NCBI RefSeq assembly: GCF_000143415.4
Contig: NW_003314327.1
Location: 795,403-859,402 of the forward strand
Source of the DNA: Selaginella moellendorffii
Lineage: Eukaryota > Plantae > Lycopodiophyta
DNA length: 64,000 bases
Reading direction: 5' to 3'
The notes under the pieces are model-generated. The model worked only from the letters and a program-made list of their open reading frames with translations, did no database searches and was not told the DNA's origin. Within the stretch, counting starts at the first letter, position 1; every line of letters starts with the position of its first letter. Shown piece after piece: positions 48,650 through 60,900 of the stretch. Position numbers and translations under genes: made by a program.

Positions 48650-50381
48650 TCAAGCAGTCGTTTTGCTCCGGATCGCGTTGAGATAGATCCGCTTTTCTTG
48701 CAGTCCAATGTCTGAGATTGTAAGCTTCTGCCGCAACGAACAACATGAAAATACTTGTCAAGCTAACATGACAAACCCATGATTTCACAAGCTTGACCTC
48801 TGCAGTTGCCATCAAAGTTCGTACACTGCTTGCGTAGAGCTTTGGATCTGCCTTCTCTTTGTCTGATGGACTGTAAACTGGCAATCTCGTAACCTCGAGG
48901 AAGTTGATTGGCTGGCATAGTAACAAGAGAATGTGGCGTACCTGGAAAAAGGTGAAAAAAGTCAGAAAGGATAATCGAAAGGAACAGCTTACCCCGGATA
49001 TGGATTCCCAGGCCGGACTGAAACGAGTGTACGGGTATCTGAGCACAACGGGCAAGACTGGCGTCTGGCTTAGAAACGCACCCGTCTTGAACGGAAGGAG
49101 GTGCTTTCCATTAGTGGTTGTCCCTTCTGCAAAGTCAAATTTGCTGTGCGCCGGAAAAACTCTTGTGTTACCTGGAAAGAGAAGCATGATCTGAGCTCCT
49201 GGATCGCTGTGAGCAGCTCGAAGCCTCTCGCTGACGATTCCTGGAAAACGAAAGAAAAGGAAATCAAAAGCTTGCTTCGAATCTTCTTTGCTTCACTCAC
49301 CAGAGACTCCTTTGGTATCCGATGTCTTTGATTCTCTCTGGACGTAAACGCATCCCAAACACTTGCTGCGCAGCCAAACAACGCCAATTAGACAAAAGGA
49401 CATCACGTTTGTGTGAAGAAAGATCGTTCTACCTTATCAAGCCGACCAGAGGTAACTTGGCCACTGATTTCTTCGAGCCGGATGGAAGAAAAATTGCGTT
49501 AACCAGGCAAAGTACTACTATAGATGATTTCTTTTGCTACGAAAGAAGAATTCACCTTAGCAACGAAGCTCGGGAACGAAGCAGACATGTGGTAGAGGAT
49601 GTCCAAATAGGATACATGATTTGAAACGATCGCTCCTGGTGTATCTTCCGCCTGGCAAGAGAACTTGGATCATCAAAGAAAGAATTACCATAAACTTAGA
49701 TCTTACAGCTATGTGCTCGTATCCATCCGGACCAACTTGCGCTGCCCCTTGCTGCAAGGACGCTGCCGAGGAGGGCGATTCTTTCACCTTGATCCAATAG
49801 AATCCCAGCACGAAGAGCATCACCCGCGCGAAGAACCTCCCCGAGGACGCGATGATCCAGCGCCGGAAGCCCCGCAGATACTCGTAGTTCTCCTGACCCT
49901 CCTCGTCCGATGGCGATCTAAACAGCGTGAAAATCCGGCAGATTACGTAGTAGATGAGCAAGACCAGGAAGAGCAGCACGAATCGGAGAGGAACGATGGT
50001 GAGGAGCGCAGCAGCCAGCTTCGCCCTCTCGCCCCAGGGCAATGCGCCGCGGCCGAGGGCGCCATAGCAGTCGTCCCTCACATAGGCCGCATATTTCGAC
50101 TCCATCTCCTCCAAGCTCTCGATCTTGCTCGCCGCCGCTGCCACTGCCGATTCTGGCGGCGCCGCAGCCGCCTCCGCCGCTCCATTCGCCGCGGATTGGA
50201 GGAGAGGCGCTTCGTCTGCCCTGCTGCTGCCGCTATCATCCTCTTCTTCCACGGCTTTCCCCTCGGCGACGCCATTCGCGGGATCGCTGGCCTTGTGATC
50301 TTGGCCACCGCCACTATCGATCATCTCCACTCTGGATTCTTCCTCGGTGGCCTTGGCGCCCATGAGCTCCATCTCCCTCAT
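48650..50381 (-). CDS. Lysophospholipid acyltransferase LPEAT1-like, multi-exon
   Basis: KYAAYVRDDCYG; AIVSNHVSYLDILYHM; KCLGCVYVQRES; FPEGTTTNG..LLPFKTGAF; YPYTRFSPAWESI. Confidence 0.92.
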
Positions 50382-50421
50382 ACTGTTTTTAGGGCATTTG
50401 CTTCTTTTGCCCTAAAGAAGT

Positions 50422-51938
50422 ATGGACGACGGTGGCAGCATTGCGCGGCTCGGCCTACCGCCATATCTCCGATCCAAGCTCCTTGCTTGCGGCTATTCTT
50501 CCATCGCGGATCTCCACGGCGCATCGCCTCTGGATCTCGCACGAGGTGTGTTTCTTGTGAGAAAATGCAGCCATGCTTGAGAATGTATTTCCATTTCCAG
50601 ACGCATCGATCTCTTCCGATGAGGCGCTCTCTGTTCTGCGGCGAATCGGAGCTACTCCAGCGCCTATTGCTGGTAAGAGAATTCGATTGGAGTCCCTGGA
50701 ATGAGCCTCTCGTTCTTTTTTTTCTCTCCCTCTTTTTCCACTCAGGAGCAAAGACTGCTTGGGATTTGATGTCGTTTGATCGATCCCGGAGCCGGATTGG
50801 AACTGGCTGCAGTGGTTTGGATCGAGTTTTCGGCGGTGGAGTCGCCTCCAAGGAGCTGACGGAAATTTGTAAGGAGAAGAGTGTATAGAGACGAGAAAAT
50901 CACGATCCTTCTTCTCCAGGTGGTGCTCCGGGGATTGGAAAAACGCAGCTCGGGTATGGACTCACGCTTTTCATTCTAGATCACAGCGAGATCACTTCTA
51001 AAGTCTCTAATTTTTTCTTTTTCACAGGATGCAGCTTGCTATAAACGTCCAACTCCCTCGATCTCTAGGTGGTCTCAATGGTCACGCTGTCTACATTGGT
51101 ACGTATGGAAATTCTTATCTCTTGGAAACGAGAACTTTGCTACTGTGTGGAAGTTTTGTCTCTTCTTTTTTACGAGTGATAAGAATGAGAGAAAGCTTCG
51201 TATGTTCTAAAACACTAATCCTTTTTTTTGCTCGAGCAGACACGGAAGGCAGCTTTATGATGGAGAGAGTGCTCCAAATGGCTCAACGAAGTGCTCTTGT
51301 GACGCCCGATCAAAGCGTCGAGTCTCTCCTCTCGCACATTTTCTACTTCCGCGTCTTCGATTCCACCGAGCAGATCGCCACCATCAACAGCCTCAATAAG
51401 TTCCTGGAAGAACACAAGGAGGTACTATACCACTAGACTCCGTTTGCTCCTCCCGCTTCTACTTAAAACGATTTCTAGGTGAAACTCCTTGTCATCGACA
51501 GTGTCACATTTCACTTCCGCCAAGACTTCCACGATCTGGCTCTCCGGGCCCGGCTGCTCAACAGCATGGCTCAGAAGCTCATGGCATTGGCTCACCATCA
51601 TGAACTCGCGGTATGGCAATACTTTCTAGTCTTTGACAAGTTTTGCGATACGAATCACAGGTAGTTCTCGTGAACCAAGTGACAACCAAAGGCAATGGAG
51701 AAATCAGGCCTGCTTTAGGTGAGCTAGATTTTCATTCATCGATTCAAAAGGTCTCGTTATTTGAGATTGATAGTTCCTTCTTTTCTTTCTTAAAGGTGAA
51801 AGCTGGTCTCATGCTTGTACAAACCGCGTGATCTTACGCTGGGAGGGAGGAAAACGCCAGGCTTGTATGTTCAAGTCCCCATCTCTTCCTCCAGCAAAAT
51901 CCAGTTTCTCAATTACTACTAGAGGGATCGGAGAGTGA
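50422..51938 (+). CDS. RAD51C: DNA repair protein RAD51 paralog C, multi-exon
   Basis: KLLACGYSSIADL; GAKTAWDL; Walker A GGAPGIGKTQLG; QLAINVQLPRSLGGLNG.AVYIDTEGSF; LLVIDSVTFHFRQDF.DLALR; ALGESWSHACTNR. Confidence 0.93.
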
Positions 51939-51946
51939 CAAATCAC

Positions 51947-53570
51947 TCACTCGTCCATGTCATCCACGTCGCGCTGCGAATGGTCCCCAGCTTCCACCTG
52001 GTTTTGTATCGCTTCTAGAAACGATGCTACAGTGAAGTCACCTGTTGAAAAGCAATAAATTTGTTTCTCAAGATCTACAAACAGTAAGAAAGTGAATCCA
52101 CACTCACACTGACTCGGATCAATGCCAAACTGTTGCAAATCCATTTGACCCGACCTGAGAGCCTGGATCATTGTCAAGTTGGTGAGAAACAAGCAAAAGA
52201 AGTTAAAAAAGTTTTTACTTACGTGAGTGAACATGTCAAGCTGCTGACGAAACTGTGGGCTCTGCATTAAATCCGCGATGGCCTCGGGTGTCCATTTCCC
52301 CTGCTTGGATAAATGCAAGTTGCTTCAGTCGTGGGGACCAAGGACCAGCAAAAGTATCGCATTACCTCGGGAAGATACTGAGACAGTCTCTCCTCCCATT
52401 GGTGGGAGTTTTCAAGCAGCGGGAGGACATGATCCGGTTTAAGAACGTCCGTCAGACTAGGCCCTGCAGAAGAGGGAATGAACGAAACAATGTATTTGTT
52501 TATAGGAAAGGAAAACTCACCTGGATCTTGGAATGCTCTTGATGTCCCCCCTACAAGAAGAAAAAAGAAAAATCTCCATGAGTATAGCAGAGAATTAAGT
52601 TTTGCTCTACCGTGGCCATTCAGGCTCTGGCCGAGGTTTGCCAGTATCTGTTGTAGCTCGGCGAGCTGCACGGGAGGATTTCTGATGTTCTCGACCGCTC
52701 CTCCTCCGGACGGGGTGGCTTTCCCAGTATCGTCAGCAGTGCTGGCACAACCATCATCAGACGTGAAAGAGCAAACACAGAATCTCAGGACTTACTTGAC
52801 AATGTCACGCTCGATACTTTCCTCTACCGACGCTTCCTCCACTACTAGGAAAGAACTTCAATGCAGTCACTGTCAAAGGAAACGACATACCCGGCTGATT
52901 GATTTGGATGTTCACGGCGTCGCACAGCCTCTCGTCACCCGCAGGATTTGGCTCCTGGATGCAAGAAAAATGCGACACGAGAGCTTTAACAGCTGTAGAA
53001 GAAAATCTAGAAGCAGTTCTATCTACCTGGAGCCAGAAGAACATCTTTCTATCATCAGTCTTGAACTTTAGGATGTAAACTCGGCCATTGGATTGCTGGA
53101 CCTACACCATAGAAATCACACTGCCTAATAAGACCACCTAAACGATCGAGACTCGTGAAGAAAAATAAAAAATCAAGTTCTTACCTTCTCAAAGATTGCT
53201 TCATCCGCGAAGACGATTTGATCCTATTGCATTGTCCATGTCAGACACAAAGAAGAGAGAAAAGAGAGAAAATCCAAATCACAGAGCTATGCTTACGTCC
53301 TCCACAGCTCCCGACACGCGATCCTGCCACTGGACGTGCACAAGCCCGGCCTCGTCCTGAGAATTTCGATTGCGCGAGCTGAGAATCCACCGAAATTTTA
53401 TCAAATCCTTACCCTGGCTATGCAAAACAAGCCCTTCCTTGGATCCGCGCGGACCTGGACTCCCTCCATCAGCATTTTGCCCGCCTTGAATACAAGCACC
53501 GTCTCCTGCAAGAGCACACGCGAGCGCTGGTGAGAAGAACGCGACGCGACGAGCGCGAAGTGAGAACCAT
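51947..53570 (-). CDS. RPN13: 26S proteasome ubiquitin receptor RPN13 (ADRM1), multi-exon; first coding exon is ATG only
   Basis: Pru domain ETVLVFKAGKM...[35 protein letters not shown]; C-terminal LMQSPQFRQQLDMFTH.ALRSGQMDL.QFGIDP. Confidence 0.93.
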
Positions 53571-53641
53571 GGCGGAAGAGAGAAGAAGAGATTCCTTGGC
53601 CCGCCTCCTAGGGCTTTCTTAAACCCTAGTTCTTTATTTTG

Positions 53642-54826
53642 CTATATCACATAGCCGTAGTACCGGAGGGCCTTCCTCACGAGGATGCCAACGATGGCTA
53701 TCGCCAGCCCAATCGCCAATGCCGTCAAGCCGAAATCGCTAGACTGCTGTACCGCTTGCTCTTCCGATCTCCCCGCTCGAATTCCAGCCGCGGGAATCGC
53801 CGCTACTGCTGCTGGTGGTGGTGGTGGATTCACAGCGTTGATCGTTGCTGGAGCTGGAGCTATAAGAGCTGGCGCTGGAGCTAGAACTGGAGCTAGAGCT
53901 GGAGCTGGATCTAGAGCTGGAGCCGGAGCTAAATCTCGAGAAGCTGGAGATGGAGTAGCTTCCACTTCTACACGATTATTTTCTGCGTCTTCCGGCGGTG
54001 ATTCTTTCGTGTCTGGCACGGGATGCGCTCTCTTCATCATCTCGACATGGATCTGGAAAACCATGGAAGTTATGGCGATTTGATCGCTTCGAGGGCGATG
54101 AAAATAAGTAAATGCTTGCCTCGTCGATCAGCTTCTGGCGCTCGGGAGTGCTAACTCTTGGAGCGGCATCGCGGGACTTGATCGCGAGAGCCCTCCTTTC
54201 TTCCTTGGTGTAGTCGAGGGATCCGATAGCTCCTTCTGGCTTTGTCGGCATAAAGGCGATGAGAGCTACCAGAGCAGTGCGAACTACACGAAGAAAAAGA
54301 AAAGAAAAGCGTCAGTCCTTCTCACTCGATCGAATCGAAGGCAAAGTAAAGAACTGGACAAAGCTTCACTCACCACTCCAAGAAGGCTGCCAAAACTCTG
54401 GATGATGCGCTGATATGCTCAAGCAAATCTTTGTTTTGGTCTCAAATCTTCCATTGGGCTGAGCGAGAGAGACATCGAGAGATTATCGCCAAAACAATCG
54501 TCACAAGTAGCCACTCACCGTCAAAAGCACGAACTCTGGCGGCTTGAGAGGATACTCTGGAGGGAGCTGGATCCTGCCATGGTAAATTCCGCCCTCGAAT
54601 TCGGTGTCTTTCGGACCCCGGATCGCGAATTGCCACTCAAAAATGTTGTCCTGCGACAGATCGAGAAGAAATCAAGAAGGAAATCTGGAAGAAGAAGTCG
54701 ATCGCTCACCTCCAGCGGCATGCTCACGTAGTCATCGTTGGGATTGTTCTGGAGCTCCTTCACCTCCTGCAAGATGCGCTTCACGGCCGGATTGCGCACG
54801 TTGAAGCGCTCTCCCCCCTCAGCCAT
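53642..54826 (-). CDS. UBC32: ER-anchored ubiquitin-conjugating enzyme UBC32 (UBE2J1/Ubc6 family), multi-exon
   Basis: RFNVRNPAVKRILQEVKEL; NIFEWQFAIRGP..TEFEGGIYHGRIQLP.EYP.KPP; KICLSISAHHPEFWQPSWS; Ala-Pro linker; C-terminal TM segment. Confidence 0.94.
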
Positions 54827-54873
54827 AAAGAACCCTAAAATTTCCTCCAAGAGAGGAAAGTCTAGAACCCTAA

Positions 54874-56586
54874 ATGCGACGATGGTGTTCGATCCGGGCT
54901 CCCAGGGAGGCGGTGGAATGCGTCGTGATCGGCGCGGGCATCGTCGGGATGGCGATCGCGCGGCAGCTCGCCATCGCAGGGAAGAATGTCGTGGTTGTGG
55001 AAGCTGGATCCGCAGTAGGGACAGGCACCAGCTCCAGGAACAGTCAAGTAATCCATGCCGGGATCTACTATCCCGTTGGATCGCTCAAGGTTTGCTCGAT
55101 TTGTCGCTTGAAATTCCAGCTCCGCGAATCTCTCGCTCTGTGCCACTGTCAGGCAGGCCGCTCTGTGCGTTCTAGGGAACAAGGCGATGTATGCCTACTG
55201 CCAGGAGCGATCCATTCCTTTCAAAAGATTGGGGAAGTTGATCGTGGCCACTTCGCTCCAGCAGGAGAAGACGCTACTTCGATTGCAAGAGACCGGTGTT
55301 GCGAATGGCGCCGAGGATTTGCGGGTGATCACAGCTGCCGAGGCGATGGCGATGGAGCCCGAGCTGAATTGCGTGAAAGCGCTGTGGTCGCCATCCACGG
55401 GAATTGTTGATAGTCACTCTTTAATGCTCTCACTCCAGGTATGTTCTTACTCCATCTTTTTTTCTCGCTTCTCTTGTTCTTCTTTAGTTCTACGTGATGC
55501 GTGAACTCTATTTTTCTTTTCTCAATGCTCTTCTATGTTCTTCGTTTTGTTTTTCGTCGGCTTGTTTGCCATTAAGTTACAACCTTGTCCTCTAGTTTTT
55601 TCTCTCGCTTTTTACATTTAGTTCTTCTCTGCATGCTTCGAAACTTCTTTGGTTGTCCATCGAATCTTATGCGTGAACTCTAGTTTTTCTTTCTCAATCC
55701 TTTCTTTTTTTCCTCTCTTCTGTGTTCTTCGTTTTGTTTTTGCTTTGTGGGTGCGACTTTGTGGATTTTTTCTCTTAAACAGGCAGATGCCGAGGAGAAA
55801 GGCGTAGCACTCGCGCTCAACAGCACTGTTCTCGGTGGCACAGTTCGACCCGACGGAGGACTGAACATCGTCGTCCACGAGACAAGCAGCGCTGCAAACA
55901 AACCGGTTGACGAGCTCGTGAGCACAGCTGAGATGGTACTCTCCGCAAGCTATGTGATCAACTCCGCTGGCTTGCACGCAACAGCCATCGCTCGAAACAT
56001 CGAAGGCTTGAGCAGCAGTAGCATTCCTGAGAACTACTTCGCCAAAGGGAACTACTTCGCCATTTCATCCTCCAAGGCACAGTTTTCGCACTTGATCTAC
56101 CCGGTTCCCGAGGAAGGAGGTCTCGGAGTACACTTGACTATCGATCTCGGAGGTGCCACAAGATTTGGACCGGACGTTCAGTGGCTAAACCTTTCGACGA
56201 CAAGCGTGACAACCGAGTAAATGACCACTCTTTATCTTTCGTTCATACCTTTGTTCCACAGGTTTGACTACAGTGTGGATCCAGCGAGAGCTCGCAGCTT
56301 CTACCCAGAGATTCGGAAATACTTCCCAGGACTTCCAGATGAAAGCTTGGTTCCAGATTACTCTGGAGTGCGTTCCAAGCTCCGTGGAGGAAGTGGCTTC
56401 GACTTCATGATCCAAGTGAGTGAATCAAATTTTCGTTTTTGTTTTCCGGGTTTCACGTTGGATCTATTTATGTCGCAGGGAAAGAAGCATCATGGCATTC
56501 CAGGCCTCATCCATCTATTCGGGATTGAATCGCCGGGCTTGACCGCGTGTATGGAAATCGCCAAGCGAGTTTGCCAAATTCTTTAG
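54874..56586 (+). CDS. L2HGDH: L-2-hydroxyglutarate dehydrogenase, mitochondrial, multi-exon
   Basis: FAD motif VVIGAGIVG; [19 protein letters not shown]; [13 protein letters not shown]; [16 protein letters not shown]; FGPDV; [10 protein letters not shown]. Confidence 0.95.
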
Positions 56587-56791
56587 GCTGACACGTTGTA
56601 CGAGTTCAGTACGAAAGAAAATTATGTCTCGTTCTCTCTAAAGTCTTTTCTATGTTCTCCTTCCAGGAACTGGTTACTTGAGGGAGCGCAAGAGCTGGTT
56701 GGATCGCTCAAGCAGTGGACAGCTTCGAGCGTGAGGTATGTTCTTCTAACTAGCAAGGATGAACAACTCATGATTGTTAGTAGCCACTGGA

Positions 56792-57620
56792 TTACAAATG
56801 AGAAGGCCTCTTGCTGTGCAAAAGTTTTGGAGTTTTATCTAAGGAGATGCAACCTGGATAGAACTTCATCAATTCGAAAAGAACGCTTCGCCACTTTTCA
56901 GGAATGTCTTCCACGGTGTCGATCATATCAGAGCAATGGACCACAAGCTTACGGGCTCCCTGGTCTCTGAACAAGACCCCCAAGAAAGAGATGTCGCCAT
57001 CAGGGTAAAAATAAACATTCAACCAAAGGTGGAAATCAAGTGCCTAAGCTATGTGGATTGCCTTGGCATTGGAGTGCCTACAAGAAGAAGATCAAAGGAT
57101 AGAAAAATAGAAAACCATAACGAGTGTAGTGTTTCACGCACCTGTAACGAGCTGGCGTCGAAATGGACGCTTCGCAAGTTGACCAAGGGCTCCAGAAGAA
57201 GGGAAATGCTCATCTTGTGCTTGCTTTCCAGATTCATGAAGGTAATCTCTGTGATTGTGGGCATGAGCTCGAAGAGCCTCACCAATTCATCCAGCTCCCA
57301 GTATCCTCTGATTTGCAAGCTCCTGAGCTTGTCAAACTTCGAGTTTGCAGTGAGCGTACATCGTCAGAACTTCTAGGCTCTCCGATTGGAAACTGAGGCA
57401 GATGTCCTGTTTGAACCTGCCAACCTTGAAGGTAGTCAGCCGGGGAGTGTCGAGGAAAATTTCGAAAGAGCTCAAAATGCCGTCCAGCCATATCCACATC
57501 AAAGTGAATCTCTTGAGGCTGGCGCTCGACACTGTGAGATGGGCCCTGGCGAGAGCCTCAAGACACTCGACGGCAAGCTCCTCACGTAGCGAGAAGACGC
57601 CTGAAGTAATTGATTTGACT
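56792..57620 (-). pseudogene. F-box/LRR-type gene fragment (LRR-like part only), disrupted
   Basis: LTVSSASLKRFTL...LDTPRLTTFKV...SESLEVL; WELDELVRLFELMPTITEITF; LVNLRSVHF; stops and frameshifts; no F-box; abuts the dispersed repeat. Confidence 0.5.
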
Positions 57621-57929
57621 CAGCCATTCAGGTGCACTAAAAATCTCTCGACTGTGAGATGTTTATGGTGTGCAATTTGTAAAAGGGTGGATTTTACAAT
57701 AAGCAGATTTCACTCATACCACGTGTCTGGCTGCTATTGGTCCACATGTAATATAAGTACAAGGATAGAATATTTTATGAATATCCAATCCTTATGCCCC
57801 GGATGGGGAGCAATGATCCATGCTATGTGCCAAATGGAGCTATTCATGGCTCATAAACCCATTCATCCCATGCATTCAAGCAAGTTGTTAATGTTACAAA
57901 CCAAATGGACAATCAACCAAATTGTGTAC
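57592..57929 (-). repeat. ~330-bp dispersed repeat, inverted copy of 38366-38689
   Basis: Reverse-complement similarity as described for copy 1. Confidence 0.9.
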
Positions 57930-57999
57930 TATACTACCTTATCTAGAGCATTATGTTCTCACTTCTTGCTCTTATTGCTCATGGCAATAGCTCCATTGC

Positions 58000-60900
58000 A
58001 AAGCCGTGGATATATACCATTTAGAGTCATGTCTCTAATGCATCTTATTGGCACAATTTTCAATTATTTTACTCTATTGTAGAAAAAATTTTAAGCAACT
58101 CTATAAGAGTAAAAGGAGTGGAACTACTTCCCTCTAGAAAGGGGGGTGGAAGCACACCATAGCCTTTAAGGTTTTCACCATCATTGTCATATGTTAACAT
58201 TGGCTTATTTACATTTAAAAATCAAAAAATAAAGAAAATATTCATTTGTGTAATGCATCTTACCAGTCGTATGGCTTAGAGCCACTATCTCCAGTGACAA
58301 GGATGTCTCTGGAGATTCTTGGTGTGATTCATCCCCACCATCACTTTGTTCTTCAATTTTGGTGATATCCATATTATCTTATACGAGGAGAGTTTCTTCT
58401 GGCAATGGAAGAATATCCTCATCCGTAGAGTTTTCTTTTTCATTATTCTTGTCGTGGTTTGGTTTTTGCATGGCTGGCCTTGGGAGAAATGACTCTATCA
58501 CTAAGGGATCATCATTTGCAGTTAAGGCATTTATATCAATTACAATTGCAAAGACCACAACTTATATTTGTGAAGAGGGGATATAAAAAAGATAATGACT
58601 TATATTCGTGAACATCTTTTAATTCTAGTGCTCGGGCTTGTTTTTGATAACTTAGCCAATGTTTGTTAATAAGATGCTCCATAACATTGTATAAATAGAT
58701 TACTGTTTCCTGGTTGCTACTGGCTTTGTTTGCTATAGCTCCCCATGATGTTTAAAGAGGCTAGTAGCAAGGCTAAATAGAGTTGAGGCCAAATTTTGCA
58801 AACTCGACATGAGCTTCACCACTATTAGACTACCTTTCAAGTCGGACAAATGCTCCTAAATTGGTCATGGATAAAGGTTGAATTCCTAAGGCTTGGGGTG
58901 ATAGTAGAATCACATGTTGGGCCATGCTAAGCTAGAAAGGAATACTGGAGTATAAGCCACCCCATATGAGAGACTCTAAGAGGTCTACTGCCAACTTGTC
59001 AAGTTTCATCACCTTCACTAATGACTCTTTTTTCCAGCTATACAAGTGTAGATGCTAAGTCTTCGGGATTGCAATCCACTTGGTGACAAAAGCTGTAGTG
59101 AACAGCCAGGGGGACAAAGGTTGTCATAGATGACATACCCTTTGGATTGACTACCATAACATCCACAATGACAAAATAAAAATTGTTAATTGTTATTGGC
59201 ATAGGTGCCACAAGCGGTGAGAGAGTCTAGCATAGTGAAATGAAAATGAGTCAATGAATCCAAGGAAAAAAAATGAAGAGTGCATGAGGTCATGTTATAC
59301 CTATAGCTCATATGGCAACCCGCCTTGAGGGTCAGCTTGAAGATATTTAGATGTTGAAGCTCCACTGGGTAACAATATCAATCCAGTAGTTATAAAATAC
59401 TAATGGGGAACTATGAGCTCGCTCGTGTGGTGGCATTATTAACTCACCCTATACAGAAAAACACATGGAAAAATTATGGGTACAAATGAAAACTCACTGA
59501 GCTAGACCACTTGTTGCTTCAGGAGGTAGATGGCCAGGGACTGGCACTTGTACTGGTAGATGGAGTTGCAAGAGTTGTAGTGGTTGGTGGAGTTGCAGGG
59601 TTGGTAGTAGTGGCACTATATGGGCTTGCGTGAGCACGCCACATAATTGGTGTTGGTGGCAACATTCAAGATTGGACAATACCATGGGCATGAGGCATCT
59701 GGACTTGCTCATTTCAGACACTCAGGCTGGTGTTTTCTAGGGAAGGCAAGGAGAATGAAACATGCTGGAGGTTTTGCATATGTTGTAGTGTATGCAATGT
59801 TAGGTGGCGCTCTACTTGCTTAAAAGCAATCGAGAGGTATGGGTGGGATGTTGTTGGAGTTGATGTCCCTACTACAGAGCTTGGAAATCAAGTGGTTGGC
59901 ACATGTCTTGCAGGACTATTGGCTGTACAGAGTGCAAAACATTGAGTGCTTTGTGTGTTTGCAAAGCATTTCCTGCACAATGTCTACTACTGTTAAAGCA
60001 TGCAAGGTTCTTGCTTTGAGCCTGGAAACAACAAGGGATTAGTTATGCAAATCTAATTGAAGAGAAGCTACCCACCATCACAACTATGGCACTTTTACCT
60101 ATGTGGTGGTCCTACGATTGGGGGAGTGTGTGCTACAAGCCTTGCCTCTTCTTAGATCATGCAAATCGATTGGAAGAATGAAAGAATTATCAACAAAATC
60201 ATATTAAGCATTGTCATAAAATAAAATTGCCATAACACAATAAATATAGCACATAATATAATATAATATAGGCACATTTAATATAGGTGGGATTTGTGGC
60301 AACCCTAAAATTGGGAAAATCAAGAATTGAATTTAAATTTTAAATTTACACTAAAGAACACTAAATTTTCTCCAAGTATGGCCAAGTAAAGTTTTTTCAA
60401 AGCTTGTTGCTTCACTAATGTTGCTGTAGGCAAGGCATTCTCGATGTAAAATGGTAGATCTACACCCAGAACATCAATCATTGCACACTCCATTGTTAGA
60501 TCCAAATGAAGTAGATGTTACTTGTCCAAGTTGAGTCCCTCCTGATGCATAAAAAATGCTTGGTTTCAAACAGTGTTGAGAGTCTGTAAAGTAGTTAAGC
60601 ACAATGAAATAGATTAAAAGAAATTGTTCTATTCTTATTTTAAAGATTACCTCTAACAGAGTTGCATCTTCGACATTCAAGAGAAATGGTCTAGGTATGA
60701 TTTCAATATCTTTTCCACCAACAACTAATATAATCCTACAAAAGCACAATATATGTAAAATTCTATAACATTACCAAATTCTTACCTAAGCTCTTATTCC
60801 ATTGGTTGAAATAAGTTTTCTGAAACATGAGATGGCTTGAAGTAATCACCACATCAATTCAGACAGACCTCATGAAGGTTCCAGGTTGCAACCCAGTGCA

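Noticed and set aside
49665-50888. 407-aa plus-strand ORF
   Set aside because: Antisense to LPEAT exon 1, joining the RAD51C frame only at its end; better explained by the two real genes
53850-53935. GCTGGA/GCTAGA hexamer repeat
   Set aside because: Encodes the Ala-Pro linker of UBC32; ordinary low-complexity coding sequence
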